Assembly (NCBI GenBank): GCA_044892525.1
Contig: CM097885.1
Location: 189,100,001-189,164,000, forward strand
Direction: 5' to 3'
DNA from: Schmidtea polychroa
Taxonomy: Eukaryota
DNA: 64,000 bases
Positions 9,048 to 20,607 of the stretch are shown one piece after another. Each line of letters starts with the position of its first letter. Position 1 is the stretch's first letter. The translations under genes and the position numbers were made by a program. The notes below the pieces were generated by a model. It was given only the letters and a program-made list of their open reading frames with translations, made no database searches and had not been told where the DNA came from.

Positions 9048-9792
9048 TATCTAATAAATTGACAGGTGTAACTACTAATGAATTTTCAACCGACAGGTGA
9101 GTTTGCATGTTTCCTATAATATAGTTTATAGACCAGTGGTGGGCAAGTGCGGCTCTTTGATAGCTGTGTGGCTCTCATTGAGATCTGAGCTAACCTATAT
9201 TTTGGCTCTTTGTAATACATGGAAAACCTGTATTTGGCTCTCGAAGACCTCATGCATGTCCACCCAGGTTAAAGACTATTGTATGCAGTTTTATGAATTA
9301 CATTTCGTATTTGATCTAGAAGTTCTAATTTAATATCAATTTTGTCAATGACACACACACACATTTTTTTATTGGTCAGTTTTATTTATATTAGTTAAAC
9401 TCTCAATTAAGGTCATCTAGACTTGTATCAAATGCATTTTCGTGTAATAAATTAAAACACTTGCCAAATACTCATTACCAAATTATATTGCAAAAACATT
9501 ATCAATGAGTCATTAAAAAGATCAATAATATTTAAATCAAAATTTTGCTTAAAGGCTTTATAAAATGATCCTACCTTAAAATGGAATCTTCTATGATTAT
9601 ATTGTTGAAATATTTATGATTTACGAAATGCACTTCGGGTTTAATTGTGAAATCATCACTTCATTATTTTTAGGCACAAAAGTACTTTGGACTATTTCAT
9701 TTCAGAATTTGAACTACTATTTTGAACTTTAGAATATTTTCATCTTATACCTGTAAATCTTATTTGTGAGCAAAGTAATATTGTCTCCCTAA

Positions 9793-10647
9793 ATGAACAA
9801 ACCTGCTGAGACAGCTAATAAACAAATCAAATGGTATTATGGTGGCATATCGAGCACATTGGCCATTGGTGCAACACATCCTTTAGATTTAGCCAAAGTA
9901 CATTTACAAACTTCAAAAGCTCAATCGAAAGGATTAATCTCGGTATTTATAAAAGTAATCAAGAGTGATGGTGTTTTGGGTTTGTATAACGGTCTTAGTG
10001 CCAGTATTCTCCGCCAGATAACTTACTCTTTCCCTAGGTTCGGACTTCATGATTGGTATAAAAATACAGTATCAAAAAAACGAAAAGTAACAGTCTTGGA
10101 AAATGTTATCGCTGCAGGTTTCGGTGGTGCAATTGGAGGTATAACTGGAAACCCTGCCGACATGATTAATGTTCGTATGCAAAATGACATGAAACTTCCA
10201 GAAGCATCTAGGCGAAATTATAAAAGTGCTTTTCATGGATTGTTTCAAGTTGTTAAAAATGAGGGTTTTAAAGGATTATTTAGTGGAGTGACAATGACTG
10301 CAAATAGAGCTATCCTTATGACAATTGGTCAAGGTGCTGGTTATGATCAAATGAAGTTAATTCTCCTTTCGACAAATTTATTTGACGATAATCCAGCAAC
10401 ACATATATTGAGTGCGTTTGGTGCAGCCGGAATAGCAACGTTTCTGACACAGCCTTTCGACGTTATGAAAACCCGATTAATGAATGCTCAAGTTGGTCAA
10501 TACACGGGACTGGGACATTGTGCTAAAGATATTTTATTGAATGGTCCGTTGGGTTTCTTTAAAGGAATAGTACCAGCATTTGTCAGAATAGGACCTCACA
10601 CAATTTTGTTATTCATCATTAAAGAACAATTGATAAAATACTTTTAA
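9793..10647 (+). CDS. slc25a10: Mitochondrial dicarboxylate carrier (SLC25A10/DIC-like), intronless, 284 aa
   Basis: WYYGG...THPLDLAKVHLQT, LRQITYS, NPADMINVRMQND, RAILMTIGQ, QPFDVMKTRLMN, FVRIGPHT; three carrier repeats; ATG-to-TAA intact; AATAAA downstream (~10696). Confidence 0.88.
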   Translation: MNKPAETANKQIKWYYGGISSTLAIGATHPLDLAKVHLQTSKAQSKGLISVFIKVIKSDGVLGLYNGLSASILRQITYSFPRFGLHDWYKNTVSKKRKVTVLENVIAAGFGGAIGGITGNPADMINVRMQNDMKLPEASRRNYKSAFHGLFQVVKNEGFKGLFSGVTMTANRAILMTIGQGAGYDQMKLILLSTNLFDDNPATHILSAFGAAGIATFLTQPFDVMKTRLMNAQVGQYTGLGHCAKDILLNGPLGFFKGIVPAFVRIGPHTILLFIIKEQLIKYF

Positions 10648-12274
10648 TAACTTTTATTTTTTAATTTATTTATGTTTTAAATTTGATTTCTTTTAAATAA
10701 AAGCTTGGTAGTGAAATATTGCTAATAATAATTAATGTTACATATTCTGTGATCCTATTGGTTAAAACCCCGAAACATGTAAGCGAATCATATTTCAAAG
10801 AAAGAACATTATTGCATATTGAAATACTCGGTGTTATTTCGTAAGTAAAATAATTTTTGAAGGGAATTTTTTTTCAAGATGTGTCGATAGTAATATAAAT
10901 ATTATAAAGCAATTGAATCATTAATTTATGAACTATATACAAATATACTGCATTATTATTAAATTAGTAAAATTATCACATCAACATTCTGATTTAATGG
11001 TGTATATTCTGCCAATATTGGCCGTAATATAAATTTTATTCATAACCAAATTTATTTCACTAGTAATGAATTTTATTTATATTTAATAATCTTTGGAAAA
11101 ACCGTTTTATTTTTGAGAACTTTAACTCTCTTCTTATCATCTGTTTTTACAAAAACTAATGTTTTCCTATGGTTACCGGCAGTGCCGTAATTAGGTAGGT
11201 GCACCAGCACAGGGACCAGAGATCGAGGGGACCTAAAACGGAATTTATACAAAGATTTTTTACACAAAAATTGTATTCGAGATTTTAAAAGGCAATTTGT
11301 ATTCTCAGTAAGACACAGAATAATTGTATTGAATTTGCATGAATCTGAAACAAAGGTTATCTTTTTCTATCAAACCAAAGTATTTTTAAAAATACAGGTA
11401 AGCTTTGTAGAGACATACAACTTGATCTGGCGATTGTACGGAGATTGTTGATGATCTTGAATTTTAGCATGTAGACTCCAGTATCATACGATGTGAAAGT
11501 ATTTGGATCTTTGTCTGGAATAATTTTGTTAATTAACTCCTTTTGGTAAAAGACAGATGGGTCAGTCCGGTTCTCGTAACGATCTTTATCAGGAGAATCA
11601 CTAGAATCACCAATTAGTGTTCCAAGATAAAATTCTTGGGTCGAGTAGATGGTGTTCATGATCAAAACCATCATCAGAGAGATCATAGCTAATAAAACGA
11701 AGGCTTCAGTTTCTTGAATGTCTGGCACATTTTCTTTATTGGTTATGACGAGATTTAATGATTTGGAATTTGAACGATTCATTAATTGTTTTTTTTGTAT
11801 TGAATTTGATTTATTTGGTGAAAAATTATAGATTATTTAAACAATGATTTTAATTTTTAATTTAATTAATTTAATAATATATTTTAAGTTCATTAAAGCA
11901 CTATTATTTTATTATTTGTATTAGTTGTGGTGAATTATGAGGTTAATTTTCGTCTGTGTGCTCGTTGTATTCGGAGAAGATGCTTGTGTTTGTATGCGCA
12001 CAAAGACGCGATCAGTGTCATTTTTTTGTGAATTAATTATCGGCTGAGTGTTCTCGCGTCTGTGTGCGCTTTTTACTTTTTTTGGATTGATTTGTGTGCG
12101 CACACATACGAGGACAATTGTCGAATTATTATGTCAGTTTTTCTATTTTCTGGAATGTGGTAGAGTTTTTGATTTGTTTAAAGTGATCAGAGTTGTTTTT
12201 AAAAAGATTTAGTTTGTTCGAGAAGGTTTTGTTTTGGGAAAAAATAAATTTCCTTAATGGCTACGATTTCTTTA

Positions 12275-12850
12275 ATGGCTTCGATTAATACAGATATTTA
12301 CTATGATCATAAATGCAACAGGGACGTTCACACATCTCAGGTTGGTAAATGTGTGACGTGCAATGATGGATTTATTGAAAGAATTGAATCTGATAACTCA
12401 ATGGAAATGATGACGATGCCTTGAATGTTTTTCATCTCATTTGTCATATTCTTGGTGGAAGTACTACAAACGAAACTGATGGTTCCTTTTTTATTACTCC
12501 AAGAGATCCTGATAACAGAAATAGTGTTTTTGGCCAACTCATATCAAATTTATTTGGTGGATTGCTGCCGCTGTATTTTAGATCCGATTCGTCAGATTAC
12601 ATATTTTCAGATCAAAGTTTCGACAATTTTGTAACGAGTATTATGAATCAATTTGAACAGAGTGGTCCTCCGCCAGCAAATGAGGCAGATATTGAGAAAT
12701 TACAAGTCAAGAAAATCACCGCAGCTAATGATACAGGTTCCATTTGTCTGTCAGATTATGAGGTGGCCGATGAAGTGTATGAGTTGCCCTGTCAGCACAG
12801 ATACCCTGTTCAGTGTCTAAAAACGTGGATGATTAAACATGGTAGCAGAG
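12275..12850 (+). pseudogene. RNF126/RNF115-like E3 ligase fragment (Zn-ribbon plus truncated RING-H2), intronless, frameshifted
   Basis: MASINTDIYYDHKCNRDVHTSQVGKCVTCNDGFIERIE; [37 protein letters not shown]; [35 protein letters not shown]; RING breaks before the last CxxC. Confidence 0.8.
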
Positions 12851-12857
12851 CGTGGTT
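12840..12857 (+). promoter_or_regulatory. Primer-binding site, initiator tRNA-Met type
   Basis: TGGTAGCAGAGCGTGGTT preceded by AACA; matches the metazoan tRNAiMet 3' complement pattern TGGTAGCAGAGnnTGGTT. Confidence 0.8.
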
Positions 12858-13182
12858 CCCTTCAGGGGGCTACGCACCAATGTTGCAGTGGAGACAGCCC
12901 TGGCTGATCAATGGTGAATTAAATATTTTATTTACATTTCATTTTCATTTTATTTGCATTGCATGTATATTTCATTTTGAAGTTAAATATGTAAAATCAA
13001 CCATCCTTCCTTCCTTATCGAGCGTGAAAAAGTGCTGCTATGGGCCCCAGCACTCTTTTAAAGTGGGTAGCCAGGGGAACAGTTTAAAGAAAAAGAAAAT
13101 CAAAACCTCAGCGTTTTTGCGAGCTAAGTCAAGGGTGAGGGCGAGCAGGGTAATGGGTTTTGAGTTTCGATTGAAAAGTAGG

Positions 13183-13409
13183 AAGCAAATATTTATCAAA
13201 ACTCTTACTGGTAAGACAATTACTCTTGACGTTGAATTGAATGACACGATTGAAAATGTAAAAGAAAAAATTCAAAGCAAAGAAGGAATTTAGGAAAATT
13301 ACAAACGTTAGTCTATGTGGGAAAGCAATTAGAAAATAAAAGAATATTGAACGATTATAGCATACAAGTAGGTTCGACATTTCATTTGTCACTCAGGCTG
13401 TGCGGTGGC
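13183..13409 (+). pseudogene. Ubiquitin domain fused to the N-terminus of BEL/Pao Gag (one stop, one frameshift)
   Basis: [36 protein letters not shown]...[34 protein letters not shown] continues in frame into [25 protein letters not shown] (gag). Confidence 0.85.
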
Positions 13410-13451
13410 AATGACGAAGAGATTTTAGAAGAAGGACTGTGAAAAAAGAGA

Positions 13452-16400
13452 ATGAAAAAAGGAAAATTAACGAGATTGAGAAACAAGATTCTCAATGATA
13501 TAAATGGGAAGGAAGTCAGTGAATGGTTGGAGGAATATGAAAATGAAAAGGAGAGTCTAGATGAAGAATCAGGGGATCTAAGAACTATTAGTAAAAAATT
13601 GCAAAAATTGGGCACTGCAATCGTAGATAAAGACCTGTAAGAGATCGAGGAAAAACATCAAATGATTGGGGCACTGATGGAAAGAAAAGCGAATCAATCT
13701 TTTAAGGAAGAGAAGGAAAATGAGAATGATGATACAATCAAGAAACATAATTCAGTGCGTAAAGGAAAACTAGAAAGTCTACAAAAAATTACAATACCTG
13801 TCTTTGAAGGCAAGATGAAAGAGTACGAACCATGGAAATCAGCCTTTACAGCGTGTGTTGATGAAGCAAAAGGTGACGAGGCTGAAAAGATGTTTCACCT
13901 GCACAAGTACCTTCACGGAGAGCCATTAAAGTTAATTGAAAATCTAGGATATTCGGCAAAGGCCTATCAAATGGCTAAAGAGAAGTTGGATAGGAGATAT
14001 GGTTGGGATGAAAGGATATATTTATCAATGTTAGAGGAGATGGACAAGTTCAGGCCAATTCGAGAAGGAGATTTGAAGGATTTAGACTTATTTGTTGGAT
14101 TATTAGAAACAGTCACCGTTCGACTTAAATCCACTGGGAAAGAATCCAAGTGTTTGGGCAAGTTAACTACGAATCTTGTTTATAAATGGAAGAAAGACAA
14201 AATAGAAAAGGAATTGCGGGAGAGGATAGAGGATTTGAGAAGATGGATACAACAAGAAGCGGAGATGCTAAGATCTACTAACGAAGTCGTGTAGGGGATT
14301 CAACCAAACACCAGGACTTATGATGGGCCAAGAGTAGAAGATGTGTCCAGAGGAAGAGAAAGCTTCAATCCAGGAGGTCGGACGCATTTTACGAGACAAC
14401 CAGATGGCAGAATTAAAAGTGGAACGGTCATACAGGCGAATAACTCTAACTTCTATAGTTTAGAGTGTGTACAATGTGGTGGTCAACATTACCTAGACCA
14501 ATGTGACAAGTTCAAGCAACTCACAATTTCAAAAAGGAAGAAAGTCATCGAAGAAAAGAAACTGTGCAGGAATTGCTTCAAAAGAAATCACATGGCCAAG
14601 GAATGTCGTAAAGAATCTTTCTGCAAGGTTACCGGATGTAAGCAAAGACACAACGAATTATTACATGAAAGACAACTCAGCGAGGAGAGTGAAAAAGGTA
14701 ACAACACGATGTTGACCCAGAAAGGGATGAATGAGAAAAACCTGGAAAATGGGAACAAGAAAATAAAAGTCAAAGCACTGTTAGATGATGCAAGCTCAGT
14801 AAGCTACATCAATCTAAGAATTTTAAAGGAGCTTGGTTTAAAAGAGGTTGAAAAGAGGACACCGATAGGGGTTATCGGCGGTAATGTCCAACAAATGATG
14901 GCTACTCCAGTGACCATGAAGTTAATTAGTAACGACGGCCGATTGACTAAGAACTTCAACGCACTGGCCTTCAAAAATATCACGGGAGAAATGAGGGTAA
15001 TAAAATTGGGCGAGAGAAAAACATAAGTGGACTCATCTTAAGGGCATCCATTTTCCGATGCTAGACAGGCAGTTGAAGTGTTAATTGGGGCAGATTATTT
15101 AACGCTTCAACGAGCACTCAAAGAAATCGATGGTAAGTTAAATGAATCGATTGCCCGTTTAACTCCACTTGGCTGGACATGTGTTGGAAGAACCTCAGTG
15201 GGAAGAACTTGGAATCATCAAAGCAAATTTATAAGAACGTTCTTTGGTAATTGAGATGATTTGGAAAGACAAATGGAACGATTTTGGGAGATTGACGAAA
15301 GTGGCTTAAAAGAAAAATACATTTGCAGCAAAAGACCAGATGATTTATGAGAAAACAAAATCTGAGATGAAAAAAATATTCTGACATTTCGAGGTAAAAG
15401 TGTCATGGAAAGACTCACCAACATTTTTGCCCAATAGTGATAAAATGGCAGAAAGTCGGCTGCGAAGTTTAACTAAAAGGCTTGAAAAGGAAGATTTACG
15501 AACTGAGTATCAGGATATTTTGAATGGTTACCTGAAAAAAGATTATATAAGTATTGTGAAAGAGAAAATGATGCCTGGAGATTCGGAATGGATATTACCA
15601 CACTTTCCCGTGGTTAGAAAAGATAAGGATACCACGAAAGTGCGTATTGTGTTTGATGCAGCAGCCAGGTGTAATGGAGTGGGACTTAATGATATGGTGG
15701 AAGTTGGTCCAAAATTACAAAATGAAGTTTTTGATATTTTAATACGTTTTCGTAGATTTTTAGTAGCTGTTGTCTGACATAGCAGAAATGTATCTGCAAA
15801 TAAGAATGGCTCTTGAAGACAGGAAATATCATCGTTTCTTATGGTCAACTGAGGGGAAGATTATTAAGTATGAGTTTAATCGGTTAGTGTTTGGTCTTAA
15901 TGCATCTCCATTTCTTTCCCAGCTAATCGCGCAAGAGAATGCATAGAAATTTGAAAAAGACTATCCACAGGTGACAGAATCTATTTGCAAGTCTGCATAT
16001 ATGGGCGACACCATGGACTCTGTTGATTCTGAAGAAGGAATGAGACTGAAAGAGGGGCTAGAAAAACTTTGGGGCAATGCCGGAATGTGGCCTAGAAAAT
16101 GGCTGTCCAACTCGGAAAGAATTATGGCTTCAATCCCAGTTGAAGAACGGGCTAAAACACTGAATATTGAAAAGGAAACGACAATGGCCGTCAAGACCCT
16201 AGGTTTGAAATGGTACTCTAAAGACGATGAATTTAGTTTTCAAGTAAATCTGCCGAATGAAGGATGTTTATCGAAAGAAAGGTATTGAGCATAGTGGCAA
16301 GAATCTTTGATCCATTGGGACTGTTAGGTCCATTCATAATTATAGGTAAAAAGATTATTCAGAAGTTGTGGTTGTTAGGGCTTGATTGGGACGAAAAGCT

Positions 16401-18545
16401 ACCCCAAAAGTTTAATAAAGAAATACACAAATGGGTAGAGGATACAAATAATCTCGGAGATCTGCGAATTTCGAGATGTTTAAGGACTCAAATGAAAAAT
16501 GAATAGCAATTACATGTATTTTCCGATGCTTCAAGCACAGCATATGGGTTAGCTATATATCTACGGGAAGATACTAATGTGGGACCTAAAAGTGTGTTGA
16601 TTGCGTCAAAGGCAAAGGTAGCTCCAGTGCAAATTATAAGTATACCAAGGTTAGAATTAATGGCGGCATGTACTGTGGTTAAATTAGCAAGACGGGTTTT
16701 AGAAGTGCTGGGGAAACCGATGAGTGATGTTCCGATAGCAGACGTAATATATTGGGTTCGAAATTATTCGAGACTATTCAAGCCATTTGTAGCTAATCGA
16801 ATTATGTTTATTCAAGAAATGACAATACCCCGGCAATGGCGTTATGTTCCAACGATTGAAAATCCATCGGACTTGATCACAAGAGGATTATCGGCGTCAG
16901 ATTTGATAAAAATCACCATGTGGTGGAAGAGACCTAAATTTCTACTAGAACCAATGGGAAATTGGCCAGCGACGGAGTTAAACTAATCAAGTGCAATGAA
17001 GGAGTTGCGAAAGAGAATAACAATGATGGCATGTGTAGAGGGGCAAATACAAATAGGAAATACGGACTGTTTCAAAGTAGAAACCTTTTCCTCATGGCAG
17101 AGATTGATCAGAGTTCGGGCCTGGGTGGAGCGATTTATTTTGAACACGAGAACGACACAGTCTCGAAGAAGCACAGGGCAACTAACAACTGAGGAACTTA
17201 AAAGAACGGAACTCAATGTGATTAAAGGAGAGCAGGGGAAGTTTTTCTCTGAAGACCAGGCACGACTTATCAAGAATGAAAGGATAGATATCAGAAGCAG
17301 TTTGTTAAAGTTGACACCAGTTTCAGATGAGATGAAGGTGTTACGAAGTAATAGCCGCATAATTCATGCAAAGAATTTACCATGGGAGACAAAATATCCA
17401 ATAATTTTATCTGAAAAGAGTTAGGTCACAAGACTAATCATAAAAGATTGCCATGAAAGTTTGAGCCATTATACAGGAACGCAACACGTCTTAAGTGTGT
17501 TGAACGAAGAATATTGGATTTTGAAGGCCAAAGTAATGATCAAACAATGTGAGACAGAATGTGGAATGTGTAGGAAAAGAAGAGCTAAAGGAATCAGTCA
17601 AATAATGGCACCGTTACCGGCGTTCAGCGTTTCAGAACCATTTAGAGCCTTTGTTCACTCGGCAGTAGATTTTGCAGGACCGTTTGAAACTAAAGTAGGC
17701 AGGAGAAAGGTGAGAAATAAAAGGTACATTTCCCTATCGTATGTTTAAAGTCACATGCGGTGCATATTGAAATGGTATATGGGTTGGACACGAATTCATT
17801 CATTCGAGCTTTTATGAGGTTTGCAGCGAGGCGAGGAATGCCAAAATTGATGATTTCAGACAATGGCACAAATTTTATAGGCGCCACTTCTACAGTAAAG
17901 AATTTTGTAATCGACAACTATAAAACTCAAAGAGAGTTGTCGAAGCAATCCTCCATCAGCACCGCATTTTGGGGGAGTTTTGAGTCCATGATCAAATCGC
18001 CAAAGAGAGCAATGAATGCAATACTAATAAGTGCAGATGTGACGGACGAAGAATTAGGAAATGTTTTGACAAGAGCTAAAATGTTGATAAATTCTCGGCC
18101 ATTAGTGGTTCAGGCAATAGACAGTAAGGAAGACGCTGTGCTAACACAAAATCATTTATTAATTGCCGGTTGGAAAGGAGTAGCTGTAGAAAAGATATAA
18201 ATGAAGAAAATGTCAAGGACGATGTTTCGATGGAAACGAATTCAGGAGTTAACTGAACACTTTTGGCGACGATGGATGAAAGAATTGTTTCCGTGCTGGA
18301 GGCAAAGGGCAAAATGGAATAAGATAAAAGATGATGTTCAGGCAGGGTCAATAGTGTGGGTGTTAGACAAAAAGAATGAGTATGGAAAGTGGCCAATGGG
18401 GAGGGTAATTGAAGTGATACCTGGAGAAGATCGAAAACTACGCGTGATGAGAATTAAATGTGAAGGAAAGGAGATATTAAGATGCATCTCTAAATTATGT
18501 TTAATTATAAAAGAAGAAGGAGAAGCCAATGGGAATTTGAGATTG
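13452..18545 (+). pseudogene. BEL/Pao gag-pol, fragmented
   Basis: Colinear ORF pieces 13452-18545 with gag, PR, RT, RH, IN and C-terminal motifs in BEL order. Confidence 0.9.
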
Positions 18546-18558
18546 ACACCAAGGTGTC

Positions 18559-18800
18559 AAGGGGGAGGATGGTCAATCCTGACTTTAATTCGCGTCTGTG
18601 TGCGCGTTGGATTCGGAGATGGTGTTTGTTTTTTGTATGCGCACACAGACGCGATCAGTGTAATTTTGGACAATTGTAGTTGATTTCGAATTTTTTGTGA
18701 TCGATTTTGATATCTTTAGCTGAAATTTTATGTGAATTTGTCAAGTTTGTTTTAAAATGTTGTGAGTTTCTGGAAGTTTTGAAAATAAATTTTTTTTGAA
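18559..18800 (+). repeat. Polypurine tract plus 3' LTR-like segment of the BEL element
   Basis: AAGGGGGAGGA then TG...; a ~75-bp core is closely similar to 11950-12025; 3' boundary unclear. Confidence 0.7.
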
Positions 18801-18820
18801 TTCGTTTAATTAATTTCGAA

Positions 18821-18991
18821 ATGGAAAATAATATTATAATTGTATGGAGTTTAGAGGATGGCAAACAGAGTGATATATTATATGGACATTCAGAATCAAT
18901 AACGAAATTAATCAACGAAACTAACTCATTCCTTGTAAGTGTGGATTTATGTGATTATGCAATCGTATGGAAATTACCATTGATTACTTAA
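18821..18991 (+). pseudogene. WD40-repeat gene fragment (56 aa)
   Basis: MENNIIIVWSLEDGKQSDILYGHSESITKLINETNSFLVSVDLCDYAIVWKLPLIT*: GH...VW spacing of one WD40 blade plus the end of the previous one; below the ORF-track cutoff. Confidence 0.6.
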
Positions 18992-19259
18992 TTTTAAAAA
19001 TTAGCCATTAATTTATCTATTTATCTTAATTAATTTAGCAACAATTTATTTTAATTCAATTTTTAAACCCTTGATTTTTTAATTCATTTTTTGATTTACT
19101 TTAATTGAAAAATTTAGACCATAATTTACTTTAATTCAATTTTTAGACCCATAATTTACTTTACTTATTTGAGCATATTGATTACTTTAATTTTAAAATT
19201 CGGACCTTAATCTACCTATTCATTCTTAATTTACCATGCTTTTTTTATTGATGACCTCC

Positions 19260-19521
19260 AAAGAGCAAGGAGACCCACTCACTGTAGTCAGAAATCCTTG
19301 GCTTTTTATCGAGAATTTAATTTTGTATTGAAAATACCAGGATAATCAGAAAAATCCTGGCTTTTTTTCTATAGAACCTTTTTTTGTATTGAAAATCCCA
19401 GAAAAAATAAGTATAGCACTCTGCATCAGTTACGTAACCGTTAAGCAAAAAACATTTTTGCAGAAAGTGGGGGGTACCCTCCGAGATAGTCGTGCTGCGG
19501 GGAGCTACTAACTACCTACTT
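19260..19521 (-). repeat. Dispersed ~260-bp repeat, inverted copy of 46700-46960
   Basis: Shared AAGTAGGTAGTTAGT(A/G)GCTCCCCGC start, GTTA(T/C)GTAACTG and CTATAGAAAAAAAGCCAGGATTTT blocks. Confidence 0.65.
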
Positions 19522-19768
19522 ATGTTGTATGTTCAGTGGATTTCATGTAATACTTCTTGATTTTGTTTCATTTTAATTTATTTTTGAATAAATAATATTT
19601 GTGTTGAGTGTTTAAATGTCTTTGATTTTAGCTCAATTTAATGTTATGTTTGAGTACTATGTCCCGACGTTTTTCATCCACAATTCAACTACTTGAGCTC
19701 AATATCAGTTCTAGACCAACACAACAAAGTTCAGTATAAATACAGACTAAAAATTCATTTTTTCAACT

Positions 19769-20607
19769 TGTTGGGTATTTTATGCAAGTCGGTATCACTG
19801 TCTGACTCCTTTGTGTTCATTTTGAAATTAAGTTAAACAACCCAACACCAAAATCTTTATTCTAGACTGATACAATTACTTTTATCAATTACACACTTTA
19901 ATGAAACAACCACAATTTTCAACAACTCTTTTGCTCTGAACTTTTCAATATAAATCTGAACCTTGCACAGGGATTAATTTTCCAACGGGAGATGTCGCTT
20001 TCTGGTACACTCGATTCGAAAATGTTCAGTTATCACTAAGTTCAAAGTTTTCTTTGTTTACTATTGCTAAATTATTCGCTTACGTTTCTTCGACATACTG
20101 GCAATTCTGTTTACTTTCCGTCGTTTTTATACCCGTTTCGTAAATTGATTTTTCCTTGTCAAGTTATTTAGAATCCAATTTCATCAGGTTTTCTCTTATC
20201 ACTCTAATTAATTTGAAGAATTTTCTCGTCTCTTTTTCTCAATTTAATTTCTAGTTGGCCGAATTAATTGCATCTAATAATTTGATTGACCATTCTATCA
20301 TCACTCGGGTTTTCCATATTTTCGGGTTTCCCATTACCTCGGGTTCTCCATTAGCTAATTATTTTTTAATTAATTTTAGTTTTTTGTAAATAATTCCTTC
20401 TAGGTACCCTCCATTGATTTATTTTATTATATATGAACTCGTCTCATTGTTCGGCATCCGCTCATACCATTCTCCCCCAGAAAATATTCATTTTTTAAAT
20501 TTTTGATTTTTTAATTAATATTTTTGTATTTTAAATTATTATTGTGAATTTGGGGTTTTTATTGATTTTTCATCTTACATTTGTACCTCTCTTGTTGAAC
20601 CCCAACA
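19769..20607 (-). mobile_element. Solo LTR of the env-bearing Gypsy family, 4-bp TSD AACT
   Basis: TGTTGGG...CCCAACA termini; AACT at 19765-19768 and 20608-20611; colinear, diverged homology with 6576-7485. Confidence 0.9.

Larger units (their letters stand above)
11926..18800 (+). mobile_element. Decayed BEL/Pao LTR retrotransposon
   Basis: iMet-type PBS 12840; DUF1759-like gag (IPVFEGKMKEYEPWKSAF...YLHGEPLKLI); triple Zn-finger (CVQC/CRNC/CKVTGC); protease VKALLDDASS; RT region with YMGD; RNase H LHVFSDAS; integrase DFAGPF...SDNGTNF; C-terminal RWKRIQELTEHFWRRW; PPT 18559-18569; related LTR-like segments at 11926 and 18570; many frameshifts and stops. Confidence 0.9.

Noticed and set aside
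9134-9300. hAT/Charlie-like terminus CAGTGGTGGGCAAG, possibly pairing with TTGCCCACTGCAC at ~21966
   Set aside because: TIR match imperfect and no 8-bp TSD found; cannot claim a 12.8-kb element that captured the carrier gene
11177-11782. hAT-like terminus CAGTGCCGTAATTAGG and ORF 11357-11782
   Set aside because: No partner TIR and no recognisable domain
12421-13293. Track ORF read as a single RING-ubiquitin fusion protein
   Set aside because: Chimeric read-through of an RNF126-like fragment, the BEL leader and half a ubiquitin; the RING lacks ligands and Ub is broken by a stop
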